IMG/VR virus record: IMGVR_UViG_3300008217_000040
Location: 1-31,595 of that record
Direction: 5' to 3' (one strand)
DNA length: 31,595 nucleotides
Source: a virus
Taxonomy: Duplodnaviria; Caudoviricetes
Shown: positions 24,516 through 31,595 of the stretch, in pieces
How the letters are laid out: each line of letters begins with the position of its first letter
Numbering within the stretch: the stretch's first letter is position 1
The notes under the pieces: generated by a model
The model's input: only the letters and a program-made list of their open reading frames with translations
Databases searched by the model: none
Told to the model about the DNA's origin: nothing
Program-made: the position numbers and the translations under genes

Positions 24516-25103
24516 ATGGCTGCTTCAGCTGCTCCACACGGAGCGAGACCTACTGGATCGCTGGTATCTTGTGCATTTAATAACAAGATCACGCACTACA
24601 AAATCAAAAACGCCTACGGGACAAGTATTTTCTTTGGCGATTTTGTGAAGTGGGGCGATGATAATCCCAATACGACCATACAGAAAGATACGGGGACAAC
24701 TGCGTTGACTCCGATTGGGATTTTTGTTGGATGTGCATATACCGATCCGACCACGAAGCAATTCACGCCTAACCAGTATTTCCCAGCCTCAACGGCTGCG
24801 GATGATATTGTGGCGTATGTTGCTTCTGACCCGTACCTGATCATGCGTATGCAATGCGATGGCGCTGCTGACCAAGATGACCTTGGCAAGAATTGTGCTG
24901 TTGTGCAGACCGCTGGCTCTACGGCTATCGGTACGAGTAAAAATTCGGTTGACATATCTACTGTTGCAACCACCAATACATTGCCTGTAAAGATTATCGA
25001 TTTTATCGATGGTCCTGACAGCGCGGTTGGTGATGCTTACACGGATGTGTTGGTTATGTTTAATGTAGGGCATCAATTGCTCAATGCAACTGGCGTAGGC
25101 TAG
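24516..25103 (+). CDS. Capsid decoration/cement-like protein (probable)
   Basis: Small Ala/Gly/Thr-rich beta protein immediately before the capsid gene; GGAG SD. Confidence 0.65.
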   Translation: MAASAAPHGARPTGSLVSCAFNNKITHYKIKNAYGTSIFFGDFVKWGDDNPNTTIQKDTGTTALTPIGIFVGCAYTDPTTKQFTPNQYFPASTAADDIVAYVASDPYLIMRMQCDGAADQDDLGKNCAVVQTAGSTAIGTSKNSVDISTVATTNTLPVKIIDFIDGPDSAVGDAYTDVLVMFNVGHQLLNATGVG

Positions 25104-25116
25104 TAAGGGGTAAATC

Positions 25117-26031
25117 ATGGCTGCTATATCAAGAGCTAATGAGCTTAAACAACTCCTTCCGGGCTTAAATGCCTTGTTTGGAGATAGTTATGCTCGATAC
25201 GAAAATGAACACACGGAAATTTACTCTTCTGAGAATTCCGAGCGTTCATTCGAAGAGGAACTGAAACTGTCAGGTTTTGGCGCTGCACCGGTAAAGGATG
25301 AAGGCTCCGCTATCGAATACGATACGGCGCAGGAGTCCTTTGTTGCACGTTACACGCACGAAACTATCGCTTTAGGTTTTTCTATCACGGAAGAGGCAAT
25401 GGAGGATAATCTCTATGTTTCTGTTTCTGGTAGATATACCAAGGCGCTGGCAAGGGCGATGGCGTACACGAAGCAGGTAAAGGCGGCTTATCCGCTAAAT
25501 AATGGTTTCTCCACTACTTTCAAGTCAGGTGATGATGTGGCTCTTTTCAGCACAGCACATCCGCTTGTTACTGGTGGAACCAATAGCAATAGGCCATCTA
25601 CTGCGGCTGACCTGAACGAGACTTCGCTTGAGAATGCTGTAATTCAAATCTCTAAGTGGACTGACGAAAGGGGTTTGAAAATTGCTGCAAAGCCGAAGAA
25701 ACTTATTATTCCGACTGATCTTCAGTTTGCTGCTACACGATTACTAGAAAGTACTTATCGGGTAGCTACTGCTGATAATGATGTGAATGCAATCAAGACG
25801 AATGGTGTGATTCCAGAGGGCTATGCGGTCAATAATTATTTGACCGATACAAATGCTTTCTTCCTGATCACTGACGTTCCTGATGGAATGAAGCATTTCA
25901 CGAGGTCGGCACTAAGTACCAATATGGATGGAGACTTCGATACCGGTAATGTCCGGTATAAAGCGAGAGAGAGATACTCTTTTGGAGTAAGTGATCCACT
26001 TGGTATCTTTGGATCGCCGGGAGCTTCGTAG
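25117..26031 (+). CDS. Major capsid protein (HK97 fold)
   Basis: AISR...KQLLPGLNALFG, DFDTGNVRYKARERYSFG.SDP.G.FGSPG; followed by a terminator. Confidence 0.92.
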   Translation: MAAISRANELKQLLPGLNALFGDSYARYENEHTEIYSSENSERSFEEELKLSGFGAAPVKDEGSAIEYDTAQESFVARYTHETIALGFSITEEAMEDNLYVSVSGRYTKALARAMAYTKQVKAAYPLNNGFSTTFKSGDDVALFSTAHPLVTGGTNSNRPSTAADLNETSLENAVIQISKWTDERGLKIAAKPKKLIIPTDLQFAATRLLESTYRVATADNDVNAIKTNGVIPEGYAVNNYLTDTNAFFLITDVPDGMKHFTRSALSTNMDGDFDTGNVRYKARERYSFGVSDPLGIFGSPGAS

Positions 26032-26047
26032 ACTGAAAGCAGGAATC

Positions 26048-26071
26048 GGAACGCCTTCGGGCGTTCCTTTT
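26048..26071 (+). terminator. Intrinsic terminator after the capsid gene
   Basis: GGAACGCC-UUCG-GGCGUUCC-UUUU. Confidence 0.85.
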
Positions 26072-26127
26072 CCCTTTTCCTGACTGTCACATCGTGTGGC
26101 AGACACTAGCCGAGACAGGAGAAAGAA

Positions 26128-27033
26128 ATGGCTAATACAACTTTCACAGGAGCAGTACGCTCCGAAAATGGTTTTAAAACCATTGATATCAATTCAACGA
26201 CAGGGGCCGTTACTGAAGGTTTTGTAATAAACAAAGACGGTAATGTCTATACTGATGATGGTGGACATATTCAGTATGCAGCAGCAACAGGATATGGGCC
26301 TGCTGACCTTATAGTCGGTAAAGGGGGGAGCCAGTACGGGACAGTTGATCCCTACACAGAAAGTTCCTCGCAACTCTTCCCTCTGGGAAGCACTCTGGTT
26401 TACGGTAATAATGTTTATCGTTATGTTGAAATAGGCGGAACAGCAGTAACTGCTGGTAAACTTCTTCAACACGCAGCAGTAGTTGCTCATCACTCTAATA
26501 TGACAGCAACAGCAGCAGTAGCAGCAGGTGAAACTGTAATATCTGTTGAAACTGGGGGTACTGACTTAACAGCTAACCAATATGCAGATGGCTATCTTTG
26601 GGTAAATGATGTGAATGGTGAAGGACAATGCCTTAGAGTAAAATCCAATCCAGCACACGATCATTCAGAGGACCCTTCTGTTGAGATTACTTGCTACGAT
26701 GATTTAGCGACTGCACTAACAACTAGCTCACAACTATCTCTAATAGAGAACCCAAATACCAACCTAATTGTTGCACCAGCAACAGAAACAGGTGCGTTGA
26801 TGGGAGCTACTGTCGTTGATATGACAGCAGACTATTATGGTTGGGCAGTTATAAAAGGACCAGCAGCACTTCTCACAGTAGGCACTTTGGTTGTAGGTAA
26901 TGCAGCAGTTCGCTCTGGCGGTACAGCAGGCGGTGTTGCACCAGCAACTGACAACGTACTACAAGAAGTTGGTGATGTAATGGCTGTATCAGCAGATACC
27001 GAGTATTCATTGATTAATATGAATTTAGGTTAG
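26128..27033 (+). CDS. Virion structural protein (head fibre/decoration-like)
   Basis: MANTTF.G.VRSENGF N-terminus, Ala/Gly/Thr-rich, follows the capsid gene. Confidence 0.7.
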   Translation: MANTTFTGAVRSENGFKTIDINSTTGAVTEGFVINKDGNVYTDDGGHIQYAAATGYGPADLIVGKGGSQYGTVDPYTESSSQLFPLGSTLVYGNNVYRYVEIGGTAVTAGKLLQHAAVVAHHSNMTATAAVAAGETVISVETGGTDLTANQYADGYLWVNDVNGEGQCLRVKSNPAHDHSEDPSVEITCYDDLATALTTSSQLSLIENPNTNLIVAPATETGALMGATVVDMTADYYGWAVIKGPAALLTVGTLVVGNAAVRSGGTAGGVAPATDNVLQEVGDVMAVSADTEYSLINMNLG

Positions 27034-27057
27034 ATGTGTTAAGACGGGAGACAGAAA

Positions 27058-27465
27058 ATGGCTGATGCTGTTACTTCTCAAACCATTGATGATGGAGAGA
27101 GGATTGCTGTGATGAAGTTTACCAATGTCAGCGATGGCAGTGGCGAATCCGCTGTTACCAAAGTAGATGTATCCGCACTTGCTTCGAACAGTTCTGGAAC
27201 GTCATGCTCAGAAGTTAGGGTACTTCGGGTAAGTCACGCAATCGTTGGTATGTCTGTAAAATTATTACTTGATGCAACTTCTGACGTTTTATTGCTTGAT
27301 CTTGCAGAGAGTAGTAACGGACATTTGGATTTTACTTCTTTTGGCGGTATTCCTAATAATGCAGGATCGGGTAAGACTGGAGATATCCAATTTACTACAA
27401 CTGGAGCTTCGTCTGGTGATACTTATTCGATTATTTTAGAGATGATAAAAGTTTATTCAGATTGA
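27058..27465 (+). CDS. Virion-region protein
   Basis: MADAVTSQT..DG.R.AVMKFTN.SDG.GES.V.KVDVSAL pattern. Confidence 0.75.
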   Translation: MADAVTSQTIDDGERIAVMKFTNVSDGSGESAVTKVDVSALASNSSGTSCSEVRVLRVSHAIVGMSVKLLLDATSDVLLLDLAESSNGHLDFTSFGGIPNNAGSGKTGDIQFTTTGASSGDTYSIILEMIKVYSD

Positions 27466-27476
27466 GGAGATACTCT

Positions 27477-27794
27477 ATGAGTGACTTTGTTATTGCTGAA
27501 AATGGTCAGTTTCCACCTCAATACAATGTATTGGAAAAGGGTGAGGATGGAATTTATAAGCTTATTTTCGGCCCAGATGACCTAGATGATGCTAAAAGAA
27601 AATTATCTGAACTGTCTGATCCGAAAAGGGCCAGAGATGATTCTGGTCAATATATTGCTGATGATCCTGAAACTCCAGAAGTCAATGAAGCCTATGTAGG
27701 TGGAAGGAAGAAAGAGTCTTCTAAGAAAAAATCTTCTAAGAAGAAGACTTCTAAGAAGAAGACTTCCAAGAAGAAGACTTCCAAGAAGAGGTAG
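27477..27794 (+). CDS. Hypothetical protein with Lys-rich repeat tail
   Basis: RAR...G.Y.ADDP.TP.VNEAY motif and (SKKKT)n tail; GAGGAG SD. Confidence 0.75.
   Translation: MSDFVIAENGQFPPQYNVLEKGEDGIYKLIFGPDDLDDAKRKLSELSDPKRARDDSGQYIADDPETPEVNEAYVGGRKKESSKKKSSKKKTSKKKTSKKKTSKKR
27720..27791 (+). repeat. About 5 x 15-nt coding tandem repeat (TCYAAGAAGAAGACT)
   Basis: Encodes SKKKS/SKKKT. Confidence 0.9.
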
Positions 27795-27807
27795 AAAAGT
27801 GTTCATC

Positions 27808-27846
27808 AAACCATACCGTCTGTTGTAGCGGTCGGTATGGTTTTTT
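27808..27846 (+). terminator. Intrinsic terminator
   Basis: CCAUACCG...CGGUAUGG followed by U6. Confidence 0.8.
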
Positions 27847-27874
27847 ATTGCGTGTAATAAGTAGGGGTGCAAAT

Positions 27875-28087
27875 ATGTCGAGAACCATAAGAAGTAAGAG
27901 AAGGGGATACCGCAAGGGAGGCGTTGGAAAATTCAGGGACCGAACACCTTATAATAAGGGCGGACCCGGAAAGCTAAGGAGAGTAGAGGATGATCTTCCT
28001 GCCTCTAATCTAAGCGGGGGTAGAGGAGCCAGCACCAGAGGGATGGTTGTTAAAGGTGCTGAGAAAAAGCGCAAACCAAAATATTAA
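27875..28087 (+). CDS. Small basic protein
   Basis: Arg/Lys/Gly-rich, YRKGG/YNKGG repeats, RGASTRG. Confidence 0.65.
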   Translation: MSRTIRSKRRGYRKGGVGKFRDRTPYNKGGPGKLRRVEDDLPASNLSGGRGASTRGMVVKGAEKKRKPKY

Positions 28088-28088
28088 G

Positions 28089-28223
28089 ATGCCCCCTATC
28101 AGGAAAGTAGAGGGTGGCTGGAAGATCAAGAATGTAAAAGGTAAATCTTCATCCAAGCAAGCCGCAAAGAGAAGGCTTAGGGCCGTAAAGGCAAACCAGA
28201 AATCGCGTGGAAAGATATTATGA
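28089..28223 (+). CDS. Small basic protein (44 aa, MPPIRKVEGGWKIKNVKGKSSSKQAAKRRLRAVKANQ...)
   Basis: Below ORF-track cutoff; fills the gap, ATGA overlap with next gene. Confidence 0.65.
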   Translation: MPPIRKVEGGWKIKNVKGKSSSKQAAKRRLRAVKANQKSRGKIL

Positions 28224-28510
28224 GAAAATCCCATAGAGACAGAAAAGCATTAGGCAAACAGAGATTAGCTCAAGACGCAAAAACAGCAGGTAAAGCAGGA
28301 GCATTGGCGGCAGGAATTGCCATAAATCCTATTGCCACTGCTGTAGGATATATGGGAGCCACAGCTGCTAAACAACTTAAAAAGTCTTCGGATAATCCTT
28401 CTCCAACAACAAAGGTTTTATATCCTGCGCCCTCTGGTAGGGGAACAGTTCATGGTGAATCTGTACCCAATCCTAAGTGGAAGCCTAAACCTTCTGATTT
28501 TGAAATATAA
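28220..28510 (+). CDS. Hypothetical protein
   Basis: Coupled ORF with a central hydrophobic Gly/Ala stretch. Confidence 0.6.
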   Translation: MRKSHRDRKALGKQRLAQDAKTAGKAGALAAGIAINPIATAVGYMGATAAKQLKKSSDNPSPTTKVLYPAPSGRGTVHGESVPNPKWKPKPSDFEI

Positions 28511-28538
28511 AATATTAATATTAGGGGATATACGGTAA

Positions 28539-29234
28539 ATGGCAACGAGCGGAACTTATACATTTAATCTTGATTTGGCTGATATCATGGAAGAAGCTTT
28601 TGACCTGTGTGGGATGGAGCTTCGTACAGGGTATGATTTCAAAAGTGCCAAAAGGGCTTTGAATCTTGTATTTCTTGAGTGGCAGAACAAGGGACTTAAC
28701 TTGTGGGCAATAGAACAGGCCACAGATACCCTTGTGGAAGGAACCAGTTCGTATGCACTTGAGAGTAGTGCGATGGAAGTGGTGGATGCTTTTATAAGGA
28801 CAGATGCTGCTGATGTAAATAAGCAACAGGATCAAGCACTTATCCGTATATCAAGAACAGCCTACGACCATCTGGCAAATAAACTGACCCAGTCCAAGCC
28901 TACCCAGTACTATGTGGATAAAGGGACAAGTTCTATGAGTATTGTTCTTTGGCCTACACCAGACGGCTCTCAGACCTATACTCTGGTTTATGACTACATC
29001 CAGAGGATCGAGGACGCTGGAACTGTCGCAAGTAATAATGCTGATGTTCCTGCCAGATACCTTCCATGCCTGACCTATGCCTTGGCCTATAATCTTGCCT
29101 GCAAGTCAGTTCAGGCGCAGAACAGGATTCCGATGTTACAGCAGAGATACAATGAACTCTGGCGTGATGCTAGTGATGCAGACAGGGACAGGTCTACAGT
29201 TCGTTTTGTCCCAGATAATACGAGTTACAGGTAA
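28539..29234 (+). CDS. Head-tail adaptor-like virion protein
   Basis: MATSGT..FNLD...IEEAF..CG, W.NKGLNLW, P.QYY, LWPTPD, VP.RYLPCL...LAY. Confidence 0.75.
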   Translation: MATSGTYTFNLDLADIMEEAFDLCGMELRTGYDFKSAKRALNLVFLEWQNKGLNLWAIEQATDTLVEGTSSYALESSAMEVVDAFIRTDAADVNKQQDQALIRISRTAYDHLANKLTQSKPTQYYVDKGTSSMSIVLWPTPDGSQTYTLVYDYIQRIEDAGTVASNNADVPARYLPCLTYALAYNLACKSVQAQNRIPMLQQRYNELWRDASDADRDRSTVRFVPDNTSYR

Positions 29235-29573
29235 ATGGCATATGCTGCTGGGAAAAGGGCGCTTGGCCTCTGTGACAGGTGCGGGTTTACCTATAAACTT
29301 TCGGAACTCAAGTATGAAATAGAGGATCAGGTCAGGAATGGATTGAGGGTATGCTCTTCTTGTTTTGATCAGGACCATCCTCAGTTACAGCTTGGTAAGG
29401 TAAAATTTACCGATCCTCAGGCTTTGTATAATCCAAGGGCGGATAGTGGAGAAAAATCCTCTACCAGTTATTATGCGTTTAATCCTGTTGGAGGCGGCGT
29501 AACAGAATTTGGTTCCAGTACTGTCGGGCTTAAAATGACAGGAAAGGTTGGTAAGGTTAAGGTGGTGACCTAA
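29235..29573 (+). CDS. CxxC-CxxC protein in the neck region
   Basis: CDRCGF.Y...L, VCSSCFD.DHPQL, DPQAL.NPR.D. Confidence 0.75.
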   Translation: MAYAAGKRALGLCDRCGFTYKLSELKYEIEDQVRNGLRVCSSCFDQDHPQLQLGKVKFTDPQALYNPRADSGEKSSTSYYAFNPVGGGVTEFGSSTVGLKMTGKVGKVKVVT

Positions 29574-30214
29574 TGGCTTGGACATTTACAACATTAAAAT
29601 CTGCCATACAGGACTATACCCAGAATAGTGAAACTACATTTGATAGCTATCTGGATGAATTTATTGTTCAGGCAGAAGAGCGCATATTAAAAAATGTATA
29701 CCTTCCGTTTTTCAGAAAAAATGTGACTGGTACAACAACTTCTGGAAATGCTTATTTATCTACGCCATCTGATTTTCTTGCTCCGTTTTCACTCGCAGTT
29801 GATAACAGCGGATATGAGTATCTTCAATTTAAGGAAGTAAATTTCATCAGGGAAGCCTATCCAGTAAGCAGTACTACTGGAATTCCAAAATATTATTCAT
29901 TATTTGATAATGATTCTTTTATATTAGGACCTACCCCGAATGCCAATCTGACAACCGAATTGCATTACCAGTACAGGCCAACTTCAATTACTGCATCTGG
30001 AGACGGAACAAGCTGGATTGGGACTAATGCAGCGGATACTCTTTTATACGGTTCATTGGTAGAGGCTTATACTTTTATGAAGGGTGAGCCGGATATAATG
30101 AAAAATTATGAAATCAGGTTCAAGGAAGGTATGTCAAGATTGAAGGTTCTTGGAGAAGGTCGGGATACAAAGGATTCTTATAGAACTGGTACAGTCAGAC
30201 AGCAAGTTACTTGA
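29573..30214 (+). CDS. Head-tail connector/adaptor-like virion protein
   Basis: LK.AIQDYT.N.ET.F, AE.RI, G.PKYY, GPTP, LLYGSLVEAY.FMKG. Confidence 0.75.
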   Translation: MAWTFTTLKSAIQDYTQNSETTFDSYLDEFIVQAEERILKNVYLPFFRKNVTGTTTSGNAYLSTPSDFLAPFSLAVDNSGYEYLQFKEVNFIREAYPVSSTTGIPKYYSLFDNDSFILGPTPNANLTTELHYQYRPTSITASGDGTSWIGTNAADTLLYGSLVEAYTFMKGEPDIMKNYEIRFKEGMSRLKVLGEGRDTKDSYRTGTVRQQVT

Positions 30215-30504
30215 TGCTTGATATTGATATCAAATCTCCAGTAGGGGAAGTGAAGGTAGAAACAACTCAGTACAGGGGATTTACCCCAGAAGAGATAGCA
30301 AGTCGATCTATAGAAAAAATAGTGTCAGTGGCAGATTGTGCTGACCCAATTGTCAAAGAACAGGCAGAGGCATTTAAGAGAAGGGTATATCATGTTATTT
30401 TGAAAGCCTGTAAGGATTCAATCCAGAGTGACAGGACCAGTCTTTATAATATTTTAACGCAACAGGGCCATGAGGACATGGCGGATATTTTGAGGAAAAT
30501 CTAA
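30214..30504 (+). CDS. Hypothetical protein
   Basis: TGATG and TAATG coupling on both sides. Confidence 0.75.
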   Translation: MLDIDIKSPVGEVKVETTQYRGFTPEEIASRSIEKIVSVADCADPIVKEQAEAFKRRVYHVILKACKDSIQSDRTSLYNILTQQGHEDMADILRKI

Positions 30505-30974
30505 TGGCACATACACAAGCAGTAACTACGAGTTTTAAGTCTGAGTTGTTGCAGGGCATCCACAACTTTCATAACGGCTCAGGCGGAGGCACGACCACAA
30601 CCACGGGAACAGGCAACACATTCAAGATCGCGCTCTATACATCGAGTTCGACCATGAGTGCCAGTACGACTGCATACACAACCACGAATGAAGTTTCGGG
30701 TACAAATTATTCAGCGGGAGGTAACACTCTCACGAATGTCGATCCCTCCACTTCAGGGACTACAGCCCTGACCGATTTCGCGGACTCCACATGGTCAACA
30801 GCTACGATTACAGCTAACGGGGCATTGATTTATAATTCCAGTACAACCGCAGGTAGTGCGAACCGTGCAGTGGTGGTTCTGGCTTTCGGTGGCGACAAGA
30901 CTTCAACGGCAGGCGATTTCACGATCACATTTCCCGCAGCAGATGCGAGTAATGCCATCATCAGAATCGCGTAG
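30504..30974 (+). CDS. Tail/baseplate-associated structural protein
   Basis: TSFK.ELL.G.HNF, FKIALYTS, GALIYN, FGGDKTSTAGDFTI.FP.ADASNAIIRIA. Confidence 0.7.
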   Translation: MAHTQAVTTSFKSELLQGIHNFHNGSGGGTTTTTGTGNTFKIALYTSSSTMSASTTAYTTTNEVSGTNYSAGGNTLTNVDPSTSGTTALTDFADSTWSTATITANGALIYNSSTTAGSANRAVVVLAFGGDKTSTAGDFTITFPAADASNAIIRIA

Positions 30975-30986
30975 TGAGTAGATAAT

Positions 30987-31493
30987 GTGGCTAACGCAAA
31001 AGTTGCATGGCAAGGCTGGAACTCTAGCAATATTGCTTGGGGTGAGAGCACTTGGGGTAACGCAGAAGAGGCATTGCCGGGATCAACAGCGTCTGTTAAT
31101 TCCGTCACTGTCACTGCCGCAGCGGGTGTCTCTGCTTCAGGAAACTCGACAACCGTATCTACGGCCAGCGTTACTGTTACGGGTAAGGCGGCAGTCACTG
31201 CAAGCGGGAATGTGGCAACTTCTGCGGTCGGCTCAGTCTCGCTTGTCACGAATAACACGATTGAAGTTACCAGTGATGCGTCTACTGCATATACCGCTTC
31301 TGTCACAGTGGTTGCCAAGGCAGCGGTCGAAGTTACAGGTAATGAAGTTGAAGTATCTACAGCCAGTGTTTTGGTATGGAGTATTGTGGATGACGGACAA
31401 ACACCTTCTTGGTCAACGATTTCTGATTCACAAACACCAAGTTGGAGTTCAGTGGATGACGGACAAACTCCTGATTGGAAAGAGGTAGCATAG
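30987..31493 (+). CDS. Ala/Ser/Thr/Val-rich tail-associated protein
   Basis: GTG start, WG...WG N-terminus, beta-repeat body, three C-terminal D.QTP.W repeats. Confidence 0.7.
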   Translation: MANAKVAWQGWNSSNIAWGESTWGNAEEALPGSTASVNSVTVTAAAGVSASGNSTTVSTASVTVTGKAAVTASGNVATSAVGSVSLVTNNTIEVTSDASTAYTASVTVVAKAAVEVTGNEVEVSTASVLVWSIVDDGQTPSWSTISDSQTPSWSSVDDGQTPDWKEVA

Positions 31494-31494
31494 T

Positions 31495-31595
31495 ATGGCG
31501 ACTTATGTAAATGATTTAAGGCTCAAGGAAATATCAACTGGAGATGAGTCCGGTACTTGGGGAACATCCACAAATACAAATTTGGAGTTGATAGG
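31495..31595 (+). CDS. Tail fibre/baseplate protein, N-terminal fragment
   Basis: MATYVNDLRLKEISTGDESGTWGTSTNTNLELI, GAGG SD; runs off the right edge. Confidence 0.7.
   Translation, partial: MATYVNDLRLKEISTGDESGTWGTSTNTNLELI

Noticed and set aside
30985-31488. Alternative-frame 167-aa ORF
   Set aside because: Shadow of the Ala/Thr/Val-rich 30987 frame, which has the structural-protein pattern.
1-31595. tRNA, integrase, DNA/RNA polymerase, reverse transcriptase or RtcB ligase genes
   Set aside because: No such motifs recognised in this window; any RNA ligation would need host or out-of-window factors.

Overview
31.6 kb fragment of a tailed dsDNA phage (Caudoviricetes; gene content resembles uncultured aquatic phages, host not determinable). 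There are three blocks. (i) 1-9.9 kb: DNA-metabolism genes around a divergent promoter at ~6.1 kb, including a partial Mom-like DNA-modification gene, a UvsY-like protein, SSB, a single-strand annealing protein, a Cas4-like exonuclease and a T7 gp4/Twinkle-type primase-helicase. (ii) 9.9-17.1 kb: a minus-strand, probably early, operon encoding a MoxR-type AAA+ ATPase, a DUF3150-like protein, a metallopeptidase-VWA protein and small ORFs. (iii) 17.1-31.6 kb: plus-strand packaging and virion genes (TerS, probable genome-end region, TerL, portal, GroES, scaffold, major capsid protein, adaptors, tail). The standout signal is in block ii. Six hammerhead ribozyme folds (four type III, two type I), all in the sense of the operon, occupy five successive non-coding gaps, so the transcript is predicted to cut itself into mostly single-gene RNAs plus a 364-nt non-coding piece. 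One ribozyme's stem III masks the downstream Shine-Dalgarno. Two carry the same palindrome in stem II. The operon also has a large structured leader and a nearby candidate anti-SD small RNA. All folds were derived by eye and protein calls come from motif recognition; no searches were run.
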